A stretch of DNA of 64,000 nucleotides. Source: an uncultured Burkholderiales bacterium. Its GTDB lineage: Bacteria > Pseudomonadota > Gammaproteobacteria > Burkholderiales > Usitatibacteraceae. Below the pieces are notes generated by a model. That model had not been told where the DNA came from. It saw only the letters and a list, made by a program, of their open reading frames with translations, and did no database searches. A program made the translations under genes and the position numbers. The stretch covers positions 1,078-65,077 of the forward strand of contig CAYOGL010000022.1 of assembly GCA_964403515.1 (NCBI GenBank), given 5' to 3'. Below, piece after piece: positions 20,586-30,890 of the stretch (its first letter is position 1; every line of letters begins with the position of its first letter).

Positions 20586-21970
20586 TGTCCCGCATTCGTC
20601 GCGTGTTCGTGGCGAACCGCGGGGAAATCGCCGTACGCATCATCCGGGCCTGCAAGAAGCTCGGCCTCGAGACGGTCATCGGAATATCGACGGCGGACCG
20701 CTCTTCCCTCGGCGCGTCGCTCGCCGATCGAGCCGTGTGCATCGGGCCCGCGCCTGCGGCCGCGAGCTATCTGAACAAGGAGGCGCTCGTGCACGCCGCG
20801 GTCGGCACCGGGTGCGATGCCTTGCACCCCGGATATGGCTTCCTGTCCGAGCGCGCACCGTTCGAACGCCTGTGCAGCGAGAACGGTATTCGCTTCATCG
20901 GCCCTTCCGCGGCCGCCATCGATGCGATGGGCGACAAGCTGAACGCCATTGCAGCCGCGAAGAAACTCGCCGTTCCGACCGTGCCCGGCTCCGACAACGT
21001 CCCCTCGCCGGCCGAGGCGCTCGAGACCGGCGCACGGATCGGCTATCCGTTTCTCTTCAAGGCGCGGGCGGGCGGCGGCGGGCGCGGCATGCGCATCGTG
21101 CGCGAACCGGGAGACGTCGAAGCCGCCTTCGCCGGCGCGCGCGCGGAGGCGGGAGCCGCTTTCGGAAATGCCGAGCTCTACATCGAGAAGTACATCGAAA
21201 GCGCGCGCCACATCGAGATCCAGATCCTCGGAGACCAGCACGGCCATGTGATCCACCTGGGCGAGCGCGACTGCTCGGTGCAGCGCCGGCACCAGAAGCT
21301 GATCGAGGAAGCGCCCTCCGCCGTCATGACGCCGAAGCTGCGCCGCGCGATGGCCGATGCGGCCATGCGCCTCGCCGCGGGCCAGGGCTACGTCGGCGCG
21401 GGCACCGTGGAATTCATCTTCGATGCGAATACCGGGGAGTTCTATTTCCTCGAGATGAATACGCGCGTACAGGTGGAGCATCCCGTCACCGAGATGATCA
21501 CCGGCTTCGACATCGTGGCCGAGCAGATCCGCGTCGCCGAAGGCGACAGGCTGGCCAACGCCGGCCGCGAGCCTGAGTTGCGCGGCCATGCCATCGAGTG
21601 CCGCATCAACGCCGAGATTCCGGAGAACGACTTCATGCCCTCCCCCGGGCGGATCGGCGAATGGGAACCGCCCGAGGGCGACGGCATCCGCGTCGATACG
21701 CACTGCTACCCCGGCTACTTCGTGCCGCCGTTCTACGACTCGATGATCGCCAAGCTCATCGTCCACGACGCCGACCGCCGCAGCGCGCTGCGCAAGATGG
21801 ACGCCGCGCTCGCCTCGTTCCGCGCGACCGGAATCTCCACGACGATCGCCTTCCATCGGGCGGTCATCGCGCATCGGGATTTCCAGCTGGGCAGTGTCAC
21901 CACGAGCTGGCTCGAGCGCTCCTTCATGCCCGTGTACATGGCTCCCACGTCTTCCGAGGCTCCCGCATGA
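20585..21970 (+). CDS. Biotin carboxylase
   Basis: VANRGEIAVRI, HPGYGFLSE, GGGGRGM, EMNTRVQVEHPVTE, YDSMIAKLI. Confidence 0.95.
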   Translation: MSRIRRVFVANRGEIAVRIIRACKKLGLETVIGISTADRSSLGASLADRAVCIGPAPAAASYLNKEALVHAAVGTGCDALHPGYGFLSERAPFERLCSENGIRFIGPSAAAIDAMGDKLNAIAAAKKLAVPTVPGSDNVPSPAEALETGARIGYPFLFKARAGGGGRGMRIVREPGDVEAAFAGARAEAGAAFGNAELYIEKYIESARHIEIQILGDQHGHVIHLGERDCSVQRRHQKLIEEAPSAVMTPKLRRAMADAAMRLAAGQGYVGAGTVEFIFDANTGEFYFLEMNTRVQVEHPVTEMITGFDIVAEQIRVAEGDRLANAGREPELRGHAIECRINAEIPENDFMPSPGRIGEWEPPEGDGIRVDTHCYPGYFVPPFYDSMIAKLIVHDADRRSALRKMDAALASFRATGISTTIAFHRAVIAHRDFQLGSVTTSWLERSFMPVYMAPTSSEAPA

Positions 21971-23433
21971 AAACGATCGAGATCGTCGACACGACGCTGC
22001 GCGACGCGCACCAATGCCTCTGGGCGACTCGCATGACGACGGCGATGATGCTGCCCGTGGCCGAGCGCATGGACCGCATCGGCTTCCACGCGCTCGACTT
22101 CATGGGCATGATCCAGTTCGACGTGTGCGTGCGCTACCTCAAGGAGGATCCGTGGGAGCGCATCCGCCAGGTGCGTCGGCGCGTCACACGCACGCCGCTC
22201 AAGGCCGCGATCCGCAGCCGCAGTCTCGTCGGCTTCGACATGCTCGCGGAGGACGTCAACCTGCTCTGGGTCGAGCGCCTCGTCGCAAACGGCATCCGCC
22301 AAATCGTTGCGTTCGACGCGCTCGCGGATCTCGACAACATCGTTCCGCAGCTCCGGCATGCGAAGTCGCTCGGGGTGCGCCCGATCGGCGCGCTCGTGTT
22401 CTGCGAGAGCCCGGTGCATCCCGATTCGCTGTACGCGGCCAAGGCGAAGGAGCTCGTCGACCGCGCCGGCGTCGAGGCGATCATGATCAAGGATTCGGGC
22501 GGGCTGCTCACGCCGGATCGGATCCGTACCCTGGTGCCCGCGATGAAGGCCGCCATCGGCCCGGACATTCCCCTTCAGCTGCATAGCCACTGCATCACCG
22601 GGCTCGCGCCGCTCGTCTATCTCGAGGGCGTGAAGCACGGCGTCGACCAGGTCGACTGCGCGATCGATCCGCTCGCGAACGGCCCCGCGCAGCCGGCGAC
22701 GCAGACGATCGCCGCGAACCTGCGCGCCATGGGCTATGGAGTGGATGTCGATGACGTGCTGATCAGCGAGGTCGGCTCGCACTTCCGCGAAGTCGCGCGC
22801 CAGGAAGGCAAGCCCCTGGGCGTCCCGATGGCATACGACGCCTTCCACTACGAGCACCAGGTGCCCGGCGGCATGCTCACTAACCTCCACTTCCAACTGG
22901 AGCAAGCGGGCCTGCAGGACAAATACGAGCAGGTGCTCGCCGAGATCGCGCAGATCCGGCGCGAGCTGGGCTGGCCGATCATGGTCACGCCCTTCGCGCA
23001 GCTCGTGGCCACCCAGGCGGTGTTCAACGTCGTCCAGGACGAGCGCTACAAGGTCGTTCCCGACGAGGTGCGCAAGTACGCCCTCGGCTACTACGGGAAG
23101 CTCCTGGCGCCCGTCGAGCCGGACATCCTCGATCGCATCATCGCGAACAGCTCGTCGAGCATTCCGCTGCATCCCGAGCCGCCGGCGCCGGCGGTCGAGG
23201 CGCTGCGTCGCAAATATCCGGGCGCCACTGACGACGAGCGCCTCTTGCGCTTCATGTTCGCCGGCTCGCAGGTCGACGACATGCTCGCCGCCGGACCGAT
23301 GAAGACGGAATACGCGTTCCAGCAGCCCCTCGCCGAGCTGCTCCAGGGGCTGGCGAAACGCCCGAAGCTCGCGCGCGTGAGCATCCGGAAACACGACTTC
23401 ACCCTCGAGCTTTCGCATGACGGTGCTCGATAG
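21967..23433 (+). CDS. Pyruvate carboxylase/oxaloacetate decarboxylase-type carboxyltransferase, no biotinyl domain
   Basis: DTTLRDAHQ, IKDSGG, LHSH, QVPGGM, MVTP..Q.V.TQA. Confidence 0.9.
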   Translation: MKTIEIVDTTLRDAHQCLWATRMTTAMMLPVAERMDRIGFHALDFMGMIQFDVCVRYLKEDPWERIRQVRRRVTRTPLKAAIRSRSLVGFDMLAEDVNLLWVERLVANGIRQIVAFDALADLDNIVPQLRHAKSLGVRPIGALVFCESPVHPDSLYAAKAKELVDRAGVEAIMIKDSGGLLTPDRIRTLVPAMKAAIGPDIPLQLHSHCITGLAPLVYLEGVKHGVDQVDCAIDPLANGPAQPATQTIAANLRAMGYGVDVDDVLISEVGSHFREVARQEGKPLGVPMAYDAFHYEHQVPGGMLTNLHFQLEQAGLQDKYEQVLAEIAQIRRELGWPIMVTPFAQLVATQAVFNVVQDERYKVVPDEVRKYALGYYGKLLAPVEPDILDRIIANSSSSIPLHPEPPAPAVEALRRKYPGATDDERLLRFMFAGSQVDDMLAAGPMKTEYAFQQPLAELLQGLAKRPKLARVSIRKHDFTLELSHDGAR

Positions 23434-25573
23434 CATGCAACCGGCGGCGCGCAGCCGCGCGCCCGATCTCGACCGCCTGTTCGACCCGCGTGGCATCGCG
23501 GTGGTCGGCGCCTCTTCCGACCTCGGGCGCATCGGCGGCCAGCCGATCTTCGCGCTCTCGGAATTCGGATACACCGGCGGCATCTACCCCATCAATCCGA
23601 AGTATCCGGAGATCAAGGGACTCGCCTGCTATCCCGGCATCCAGGCGGTGCCGGATCCGTGCGACGTCGCGCTCATCGCCGTGCCCGCGAAGGCGGTGCC
23701 CGGTGCCATCATCGATTGCGGCAAGCGGGGCATCCCGTTCGCCGTCGTGCTGAGCGCCGGATTTCGCGAGGTGCGTGGCGGGGCCGAGATGCAGCGCCAG
23801 CTCGACGCGGCGATCGCGGAATCGGGCGTGCGCGTGGTCGGCCCGAATTGCCAGGGCCTGCTCAACATCCAGAAGGACGTCTATTGCGGCTTCGGGGCGC
23901 CGTTCCAGTACCGACACCCCAACGCGGGCAGCGTCGCGCTCGTCACGCAGAGCGGGGGCTTCGGTTACGCCGTGCTCGGATTGGCCGAGGCCGCGGGCCT
24001 TGCGTTCAACTGCGTCGTGTCGACGGGCAACGAGACGGACATCGATACGCTCGATCTCATCGACTACCTGCTCGATCGCGACAACGTCGAGGTGGTCGCG
24101 ACGTACATGGAAGGCGTGCGGGACGGCCGTCGCCTGCTCGCCCTCGGCGAGAAGGCGCGCCGCCTCGGCAAGCCGATTGCCGTCTGGAAGGTGGGCAACT
24201 CGCGGACCGGACAGGCGGCCGCCGCCTCGCACACCGCGAACCTTTCCGCGGGTTACGAGCTTTACCGCGCGGCCTTCGACCATCCCGGGTTCGTGCTGGT
24301 GCGCGACGTCGATGACCTTGTCGACGTCGCGAAGGGCTTCCTGCATCGGCGCCAGCCGAAGGGCAACCGGGTCGGAGTGATCTCGATTTCCGGAGGGGCC
24401 GGCGTGCTCCTCGCCGATCGGTGCGAGGAACTCGGCCTGGCTCTGCCGTCGCTCTCCGAAAGCTCGTCCGCGGAGCTGCGCTCGTTCATGCCCGAGTTCG
24501 CGAGCATCGCGAATCCCATCGACGTGACGGCGCAGATCTTCAACGAGCTGCCCATGTTCCGACGCGTGCTCGATACGGTGCTCGCCGATCCGCAGATCGA
24601 CCAGGTCATCGTGTACAACGCGTCGATCCAGGGCGCGACCGCGCAGCGCCTGGCCGATGAGCTGGCTGACATCTCGAAACGCACCGACAAGCCGATGCTG
24701 ATCGGCTCGAGCGCACCGCCGGGCAAAGCGAGCGCTGCCCTCGACACGCTCGCGAAGGCGAACCTGCCGTGCTATCCGACGCCCGGGCGTGCGGCCGCGG
24801 CGGCCGCCGCGCTGAATGTCTTCTGGAGCCGCACGGTGCGCGCGGCCGGACAGGCTCCCATGCGCCCTATCGCGAAAGCAGCGATCCCGACGGGTGTCGG
24901 CCCACTGGGCGAGCACGACTCGAAGCAGTGCCTGCTCGCCTACGGCATTCCGGTCGTGCGCGAGGTGCTGCTCGGCGTCGACGAGGCGCTCGCGTTGAAT
25001 GCGCCACCGCTGCCCTTCCCGCTCGTCGCGAAGATCGATTCGCCCGATCTTCCGCACAAGTCGGAGGCGGGAGCCGTCCGCGTGAACATCACCTCGATCG
25101 AGGAGCTGCGCAGCGCCGTGCGTGAGATGCTCGCTTCGGCGCAGGCCTATCGTCCGGGAGCGCGCATCGCGGCGATCTCGCTGCAGGAGATGGCCAAAGG
25201 CATGGAGGTGCTCGCGGGCGCCGTGAACGATCCCTACTTCGGGCCGGTGATCGCGTTCGGCCTCGGTGGCGTGTTCACGGAGGTCCTGCACGAGGTCGTG
25301 CACGAGTTCGCGCCGTTCGACGAGCAGGCGGCGCGCGAGATGATCCGCCGCAGCCGCGGTGCCGCCCTCTTCGAGGGTGTTCGCGGAATGCCGGCGCTCG
25401 ACCTCGATGCAACCGCCGCCTTGCTCGCGCGACTTTCCTGGCTCGCCGCCGATCACGCCGATCGCATTGCGGAGATCGACGTGAACCCCGTGTTCGTGCG
25501 GCCGAAGGGCCAAGGCGTCGTGGCTGCGGACGCACTCGTGGTGATGCGCGACCCGAACGAGGGCAAACGATGA
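23417..25573 (+). CDS. ADP-forming acyl-CoA synthetase (acetate-CoA ligase family, fused alpha-beta)
   Basis: IAVVGAS, VVGPNCQG, AAASHTA phospho-His, HKSEAGAV ATP-grasp. Confidence 0.92.
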   Translation: MTVLDSMQPAARSRAPDLDRLFDPRGIAVVGASSDLGRIGGQPIFALSEFGYTGGIYPINPKYPEIKGLACYPGIQAVPDPCDVALIAVPAKAVPGAIIDCGKRGIPFAVVLSAGFREVRGGAEMQRQLDAAIAESGVRVVGPNCQGLLNIQKDVYCGFGAPFQYRHPNAGSVALVTQSGGFGYAVLGLAEAAGLAFNCVVSTGNETDIDTLDLIDYLLDRDNVEVVATYMEGVRDGRRLLALGEKARRLGKPIAVWKVGNSRTGQAAAASHTANLSAGYELYRAAFDHPGFVLVRDVDDLVDVAKGFLHRRQPKGNRVGVISISGGAGVLLADRCEELGLALPSLSESSSAELRSFMPEFASIANPIDVTAQIFNELPMFRRVLDTVLADPQIDQVIVYNASIQGATAQRLADELADISKRTDKPMLIGSSAPPGKASAALDTLAKANLPCYPTPGRAAAAAAALNVFWSRTVRAAGQAPMRPIAKAAIPTGVGPLGEHDSKQCLLAYGIPVVREVLLGVDEALALNAPPLPFPLVAKIDSPDLPHKSEAGAVRVNITSIEELRSAVREMLASAQAYRPGARIAAISLQEMAKGMEVLAGAVNDPYFGPVIAFGLGGVFTEVLHEVVHEFAPFDEQAAREMIRRSRGAALFEGVRGMPALDLDATAALLARLSWLAADHADRIAEIDVNPVFVRPKGQGVVAADALVVMRDPNEGKR

Positions 25574-25953
25574 GCGAGAAGCTGTCTCCCCACGCTTCTT
25601 ATGTCGAGCATTGCCGCCGCGGGGAGCTCGCCTACCAGGTGCGAACGTCCGACGGGAAGGCGGTGTTCCCGCCGCGGGTCATGGCACCCGGTACGGGCGG
25701 TGCGCTCGATTGGCGAATCAGCACCGGCCTCGGCACCGTGTACGCGACGACGACGCTTCACCGCAAAGGAGAAAGCCCGTACAACGTCGCGCTGGTCGAT
25801 CTCGACGAAGGCATCCGCATGATGAGCCGCGTCGAGGAGGCCGCGCCTGACGCGGTCGCCGTCGGCATGCGCGTGAAGGTGCGCTTCCGCGCCGGTGAAG
25901 GCGACGAGCCGCCCTATCCCGTCTTCGTTCCGGCGAGCGCCGCAGGCGATTGA
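25570..25953 (+). CDS. DUF35-type OB-fold protein with degenerate zinc ribbon
   Basis: GTVYATT, PYNVALVDLDEGIRMMSRV, VGMRVKV; Zn cysteines absent. Confidence 0.88.
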   Translation: MSEKLSPHASYVEHCRRGELAYQVRTSDGKAVFPPRVMAPGTGGALDWRISTGLGTVYATTTLHRKGESPYNVALVDLDEGIRMMSRVEEAAPDAVAVGMRVKVRFRAGEGDEPPYPVFVPASAAGD

Positions 25954-25958
25954 GACCG

Positions 25959-27116
25959 ATGCCGACCCGCGGAAGCGCAGCCATCATCGGAGTCGCCGAA
26001 TCGGACCTCGGCCAGGTCGCCGCCGGCATGACGCCGGCGGATCTCATGGCCCAGGCGGTCGAGGCGGCGCTCGCCGATTGCGGGCTGCGGCTGGACGACG
26101 TGGACGCCGTCTTCGCGGCCGCCACGCAGATGAACATGCCGGTGCTGAATCTGTGCGAGTACCTCGGCATCCAGCCGCGCTACATGGACGGCACGCACAT
26201 CGGGGGCGCATCGTTCCTTTCGCACGTCGCGCATGCGCAGGCTGCGCTCGAGGCGGGCGCCTGCAAGGTCGCGGTGATCGCGTATGGCAGCACGCAGCGG
26301 ACCGCCGGACGTTCGAACGCGGCGCCGCAGGAGATCATCCCGTACGAGGCGCCCTATCGCCCGATGCTGCCGGTCACCGCGTATGCGCTCGCTGCCTCGC
26401 GCCACATGGCGCAGTTCGGGACGACGCGCGAGCAGCTGGCGAGCGTCGCCGTCGCGGCTCGCGAATGGGCGCTCATGAACCCGAAGGCCTGGGAGAAGAA
26501 GCCGCTTACCGTGGAGCAGGTCCTCGCTGCTCCGATGATCGCCTCCCCGCTCACGGTGCGCGATTGCTGTCTCGTCACCGACGGCGGCGGAGCCATCGTG
26601 ATGACGGCCGCGAAGGATGCGAAGCGCGGGAAGAAGGCGCCCGCCTACGTGCTCGGCGTGGGAGAGGCTGCGACCCATCGGCACATCACGTCGATGCCCG
26701 ACCTCACGGTCACCGCGGCTCGCGTCTCCGGCGAGCGCGCGTTCGCCATGTCGGGTCTCGCTCCGAAGGACGTCGACGTGGCCGAGCTCTACGATGCGTT
26801 CACGATCAACACCCTCCTCTTCCTCGAAGACCTGGGCTTCTGCGCGAAGGGTGAAGGTGGCCGCTTCGTCGAGGGCGGGCGCATTGCTCCCGGCGGGGAG
26901 CTGCCGGTGAACACGAACGGCGGCGGGCTCTCGTACTGCCACCCGGGGATGTACGGCATCTTCCTGCTCATCGAGGCCGTGCGGCAAATTCGCGGCGAAT
27001 GCGGCGAGCGCAACGTGCGCGGCTGCGAGGTGGCGCTCGCGCACGGCAACGGCGGCGTGCTCTCGAGCCAGGCGACGGTGATATTGGGAGCGCCGGGCAC
27101 CGTCTCCGCGCACTAA
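25959..27116 (+). CDS. Thiolase-fold (SCP2/Ltp2-like) protein
   Basis: AAIIGVAE, CCLVTDGGGAIV, ELYDAF, NTNGGGLSYCHPG. Confidence 0.9.
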   Translation: MPTRGSAAIIGVAESDLGQVAAGMTPADLMAQAVEAALADCGLRLDDVDAVFAAATQMNMPVLNLCEYLGIQPRYMDGTHIGGASFLSHVAHAQAALEAGACKVAVIAYGSTQRTAGRSNAAPQEIIPYEAPYRPMLPVTAYALAASRHMAQFGTTREQLASVAVAAREWALMNPKAWEKKPLTVEQVLAAPMIASPLTVRDCCLVTDGGGAIVMTAAKDAKRGKKAPAYVLGVGEAATHRHITSMPDLTVTAARVSGERAFAMSGLAPKDVDVAELYDAFTINTLLFLEDLGFCAKGEGGRFVEGGRIAPGGELPVNTNGGGLSYCHPGMYGIFLLIEAVRQIRGECGERNVRGCEVALAHGNGGVLSSQATVILGAPGTVSAH

Positions 27117-27137
27117 AGCGCCGCAAAAGGAGAAACC

Positions 27138-27716
27138 ATGGAGTCCAGCGTCCAAGCCAAGATCAACCGCCACCCGGCGGTGCGGGCACTGCATGCCGCG
27201 CGCGTGCGCCTGTACCAGGGCCTCGAGGCGGTCATCTTCGTCCTGGTGCTGATGATCCTCGGGTTCGTCTTCACGCAGGTCTTCACGCGCTACGTCCTGC
27301 ACACGCCGGTGAACTGGCTCGAGGAGGCGGCGCGCATGACGCTGGTGTGGCTGGTGATGCTCGGGGCGGCCGTCGCCGCCGAGCGGCGCGAGCACTACGT
27401 GATCAACGTCATCACGCTGCAGCTGCCGCGGCAGATCGCCCTCGTCCTCCTGATCATGACCAACCTGCTCGCCGTCGTCTTCCTGGCCATTCTCACGGTC
27501 AAGGGCTTCGAGTATTTCCGCAGCGGCATGGCCAGCTATTACGTCTCGCTCAACGTGCCCCGCGGCTACATCTACATCGCCGTGCCGATCGGGTCGATCC
27601 TCATGGCCTTCAGCCTCGTGACGCAATCGATCGAGGCCTGGTTCGCTCCCGAGACGGTCGAAAGCGCCAAGCCGGGCGGAGCGAATCCCGACGTCCCCAC
27701 CTTCTCGCACGAATAG
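27138..27716 (+). CDS. TRAP transporter small permease (DctQ)
   Basis: QVFTRYV, WLEEAAR, four TM segments. Confidence 0.9.
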   Translation: MESSVQAKINRHPAVRALHAARVRLYQGLEAVIFVLVLMILGFVFTQVFTRYVLHTPVNWLEEAARMTLVWLVMLGAAVAAERREHYVINVITLQLPRQIALVLLIMTNLLAVVFLAILTVKGFEYFRSGMASYYVSLNVPRGYIYIAVPIGSILMAFSLVTQSIEAWFAPETVESAKPGGANPDVPTFSHE

Positions 27717-27730
27717 ACGCGGAGACGGCC

Positions 27731-29011
27731 ATGACTTGGATCCTCATCCTGATGCTCGTCCTGTTCTTCGCCGCCATGCCGATCGTGTTCGCGGTGGGGC
27801 TGGTCAGCACGATCTACGCCGCCTACGTCGCCGACGTTCCGCTCTCGATCGTTCCCCAGCAGCTCATTTCCGGCATCGACAGCTTCGTGCTGCTCGCGAT
27901 CCCGCTCTTCCTGCTCACCGGCGGCATCATGGGCGAGGCCGGCATCACGCAGCGGCTGCTGCGCTTCAGCGAGGCGCTGGTCGGCTGGATGCGTGGCGGC
28001 CTCGGGCAGGTGAACGTCCTCACCAACGTCTTCATGGCCGGGATCTCCGGCTCGGGGCTGGCCGACGCGGCCGCCACCGGCAGCGCGCTCATCCCTCTCA
28101 TGGAGAAGCGCGGTTACTCGACTGCCTTCGCCGCGGCCGTTACCGGAGCCGCCTCGTGCATCGGCCCGATCATCCCGCCCAGCATCATCATGGTGGTCAT
28201 CGGCGGCCTCACCTCGGCCTCGGTCGGACGCATGTTCCTCGGCGGCATCGTTCCCGGGCTCATCCTCGGCCTCGCCTTCGGCGTCTGCGTCTACGTCACC
28301 TCGCGCAAGCGCGGCTATCCGAAGGGCAGCATGGTGGGCTGGCGGGAGCTCGCCGCGAGCTTCTGGTCGGCGCTTCCCGCGCTCGGTCTCCCGGTGATCA
28401 TCATCGTCGGCATCCTGAGCGGTGCTTTCACTCCCACGGAAGCCGCGGCCGTGGCATGCGTCTACACGATCATCTTCGGCCTCATCTACCGCGAGCTCAC
28501 GTGGCGCGCATTCTATCGAGGCGTGATCGCCGTGGGGACGGCCACCGGCACGATCATGTTCATCGTCGGAATCTCCGCCATATTCGGCTGGATCCTGGTC
28601 TCGGAGCAGGTCGGCGAAAACCTCGCGGCATGGCTGCTTCACCTCACGCACAATCCCACGTACATGATGTTCCTCATCACGACGGCCCTGCTGCTGCTCG
28701 GCTGCCTGGTCGACGTGATGGCATTGCTCATCCTCACGGTGCCGATCATGATGCCGCTCGTGCAGACGCTGGGCATCGATACGGTGCACTTCGGCGTGAT
28801 CGCGACGATCGCGCTCACGACCGGGCTGATCACGCCGCCATTCGGGCTGAGCATGTTCCTGATGTGCAGCATCAGCGGCTGCACGATCGAGGAGTTCGCG
28901 CGCGAGGTGTGGCCGTACGTGATCGCGATCATCGTCGGCCTCGTTCTCTTCATCGTGTTTCCGCAGCTCGTGGTGTGGGTTCCCAACACCATCATGGGTC
29001 AAGCGAAATGA
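27731..29011 (+). CDS. TRAP transporter large permease (DctM)
   Basis: LLAIPLF, GISGS, GPIIPPSI, FTPTEAA, TPPFG. Confidence 0.94.
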   Translation: MTWILILMLVLFFAAMPIVFAVGLVSTIYAAYVADVPLSIVPQQLISGIDSFVLLAIPLFLLTGGIMGEAGITQRLLRFSEALVGWMRGGLGQVNVLTNVFMAGISGSGLADAAATGSALIPLMEKRGYSTAFAAAVTGAASCIGPIIPPSIIMVVIGGLTSASVGRMFLGGIVPGLILGLAFGVCVYVTSRKRGYPKGSMVGWRELAASFWSALPALGLPVIIIVGILSGAFTPTEAAAVACVYTIIFGLIYRELTWRAFYRGVIAVGTATGTIMFIVGISAIFGWILVSEQVGENLAAWLLHLTHNPTYMMFLITTALLLLGCLVDVMALLILTVPIMMPLVQTLGIDTVHFGVIATIALTTGLITPPFGLSMFLMCSISGCTIEEFAREVWPYVIAIIVGLVLFIVFPQLVVWVPNTIMGQAK

Positions 29012-29096
29012 GCGCGGCGCTTCCGACGTGCCCGGACGCCGCCGCCAACGCACAGGCACAGACATTCCCGGGCCATCGATAAACGAGGAGGATCAG

Positions 29097-30110
29097 ATGT
29101 CGAGAGCATTGAAGTGGACTGCAACGCTCGTTCCGATCGCGGCATTGCTGGCGGCACCCCTCGCGCGGGCCGCCGACGCGATCCCCGAGCTGAAGATGCG
29201 CATCGCCGATTCCTACACCGCGGACATGCCATCGGGCATCGCGTTCCAGCACTTCGCCAAGCGCATCTCCGAGCTTTCCGGCGGCAAGATGACGGCGCGC
29301 ATCTATCCGGGCGGGACGCTCTATTCCGAGGACAAGGGCATCCAGGGCGTGCTCGACGGGACGGTCGACATGGCGCTCGCAAGCGCGGCCAACCACAGCC
29401 CGTTCACCAAGGTGTGGCGCGTGATCGAGGCGCCCTACCTCTTCGACAGCAACCAGCAGTTCCGCGACGTCATCATCCATGGAGACGTCGGCAAGGAGCT
29501 GCGCAAGCGCGCGGAGAAGGACCGACTCGTCCCGCTCATGATCTTCGAGACGGGCGGCATGCGCATCGTCGGCACGAACAAGCCGATCCATACGCCGGAG
29601 GATCTCGCGAACGCCAAGATCCGGGTGCCGCAATCGCCGGTGCCGCTCGCGTTCTGGAAGGCGGAGGGCGCGAATCCCACGGTCGTGCCGTGGGGCGAGA
29701 CCTACCTCGCGCTCGCCTCGAAGACGGTGGACGGGCTGGACGCGAGCTGGCTCTCCTGGCCGCTCGCGAAGCTGTGGGAGGTGACGAAGTACATCACGCC
29801 CGTGGGCTACTCATCGACCTCCTCGGTCGTCGACGTGTCGACCAAGTGGTGGGCCGAGCGCACGCCCAAGCAGAAGGAGATCATCCTGCAGGCGGCGAAG
29901 GAGGCCGAGGACGTCGCCATCCAGGAGGAGGACAAGTGGGAAAAGAAGGCCCGCGAGATGTGCATCAAGAACGGCATGACGATGATCGATCCCACGGCGC
30001 AGCAGATGGACGAGTGGCGCAAGAAGGGCCGTTCCACGTGGGCTACGCTCCCGGACGTCTCGCAGGCGGACCTCAAGCGGATCGCGTCGCTCAACCACAT
30101 CAAGATGTAG
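29097..30110 (+). CDS. TRAP substrate-binding protein (DctP)
   Basis: Signal peptide, [25 protein letters not shown]. Confidence 0.92.
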   Translation: MSRALKWTATLVPIAALLAAPLARAADAIPELKMRIADSYTADMPSGIAFQHFAKRISELSGGKMTARIYPGGTLYSEDKGIQGVLDGTVDMALASAANHSPFTKVWRVIEAPYLFDSNQQFRDVIIHGDVGKELRKRAEKDRLVPLMIFETGGMRIVGTNKPIHTPEDLANAKIRVPQSPVPLAFWKAEGANPTVVPWGETYLALASKTVDGLDASWLSWPLAKLWEVTKYITPVGYSSTSSVVDVSTKWWAERTPKQKEIILQAAKEAEDVAIQEEDKWEKKAREMCIKNGMTMIDPTAQQMDEWRKKGRSTWATLPDVSQADLKRIASLNHIKM

Positions 30111-30138
30111 CGCGCGAGGCGATGGGCAAGCCACTGGC

Positions 30139-30879
30139 ATGACCAAGATCGCAGTGGTGACGGGGGCGGCCTCCGGGCTCGGCTTCGCCATCGCCGCGCG
30201 CCTGGCGCGCGACGGGTGTGCGCTGGTCATGGCCGACCTCGACGCGGCCGCTGCGGAAGCGCGCGCCTCGGAGCTTAGTGCGCGAGGTTTCGAGGCGATC
30301 GCCAACCGGCTGGACGTCACGCGGCCCGCGGATGTGTCGAAGGTGGTCACAACGGTGACAGACCGCTTCGGTCGCATCGATCTCCTCGTGAACAACGCGG
30401 GCGTGCTCGGCCCCTGCGTTTCCCTGGTCGAGGTGACCGACCGCGACATCGCGCAGGTGCTCGACGTGAACGTGAAGGGTGTCGTCCACTGCCTGCGGGC
30501 CGTGCTGCCGGTGATGCTGCGGCAGAAATCCGGCGCGATCGTGAACATCGCATCGACCGCCGCGAAGGAAGGTCCTGCCCTCATGTCGCTCTATGCGGCG
30601 AGCAAGGGCGCGGTCGTCGCGCTCACGAAGTCGGCCGCGCGGGAGACGGTGTCTTCTGGCATCCGCGTGAACTGCGTGACACCCACGCTCATCGGCGAGA
30701 CCGGAATGGAGAAGGCGATGCCCGACCACTTCCGCGAGAACTCGATCCGCCAGATCCCGATGGGCCGGCCGGGCAAGCCGGACGAAGTCGCTGCGGTCGT
30801 CGCATTTCTCCTCTCCGACGACGCGAGCTTCGTCACCGGCCAGTGCTACGACGTGAGCGGCGGCCGATCAACCTGGTAG
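30139..30879 (+). CDS. SDR oxidoreductase
   Basis: [17 protein letters not shown]. Confidence 0.94.
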   Translation: MTKIAVVTGAASGLGFAIAARLARDGCALVMADLDAAAAEARASELSARGFEAIANRLDVTRPADVSKVVTTVTDRFGRIDLLVNNAGVLGPCVSLVEVTDRDIAQVLDVNVKGVVHCLRAVLPVMLRQKSGAIVNIASTAAKEGPALMSLYAASKGAVVALTKSAARETVSSGIRVNCVTPTLIGETGMEKAMPDHFRENSIRQIPMGRPGKPDEVAAVVAFLLSDDASFVTGQCYDVSGGRSTW

Positions 30880-30890
30880 CCCATGCGAGC

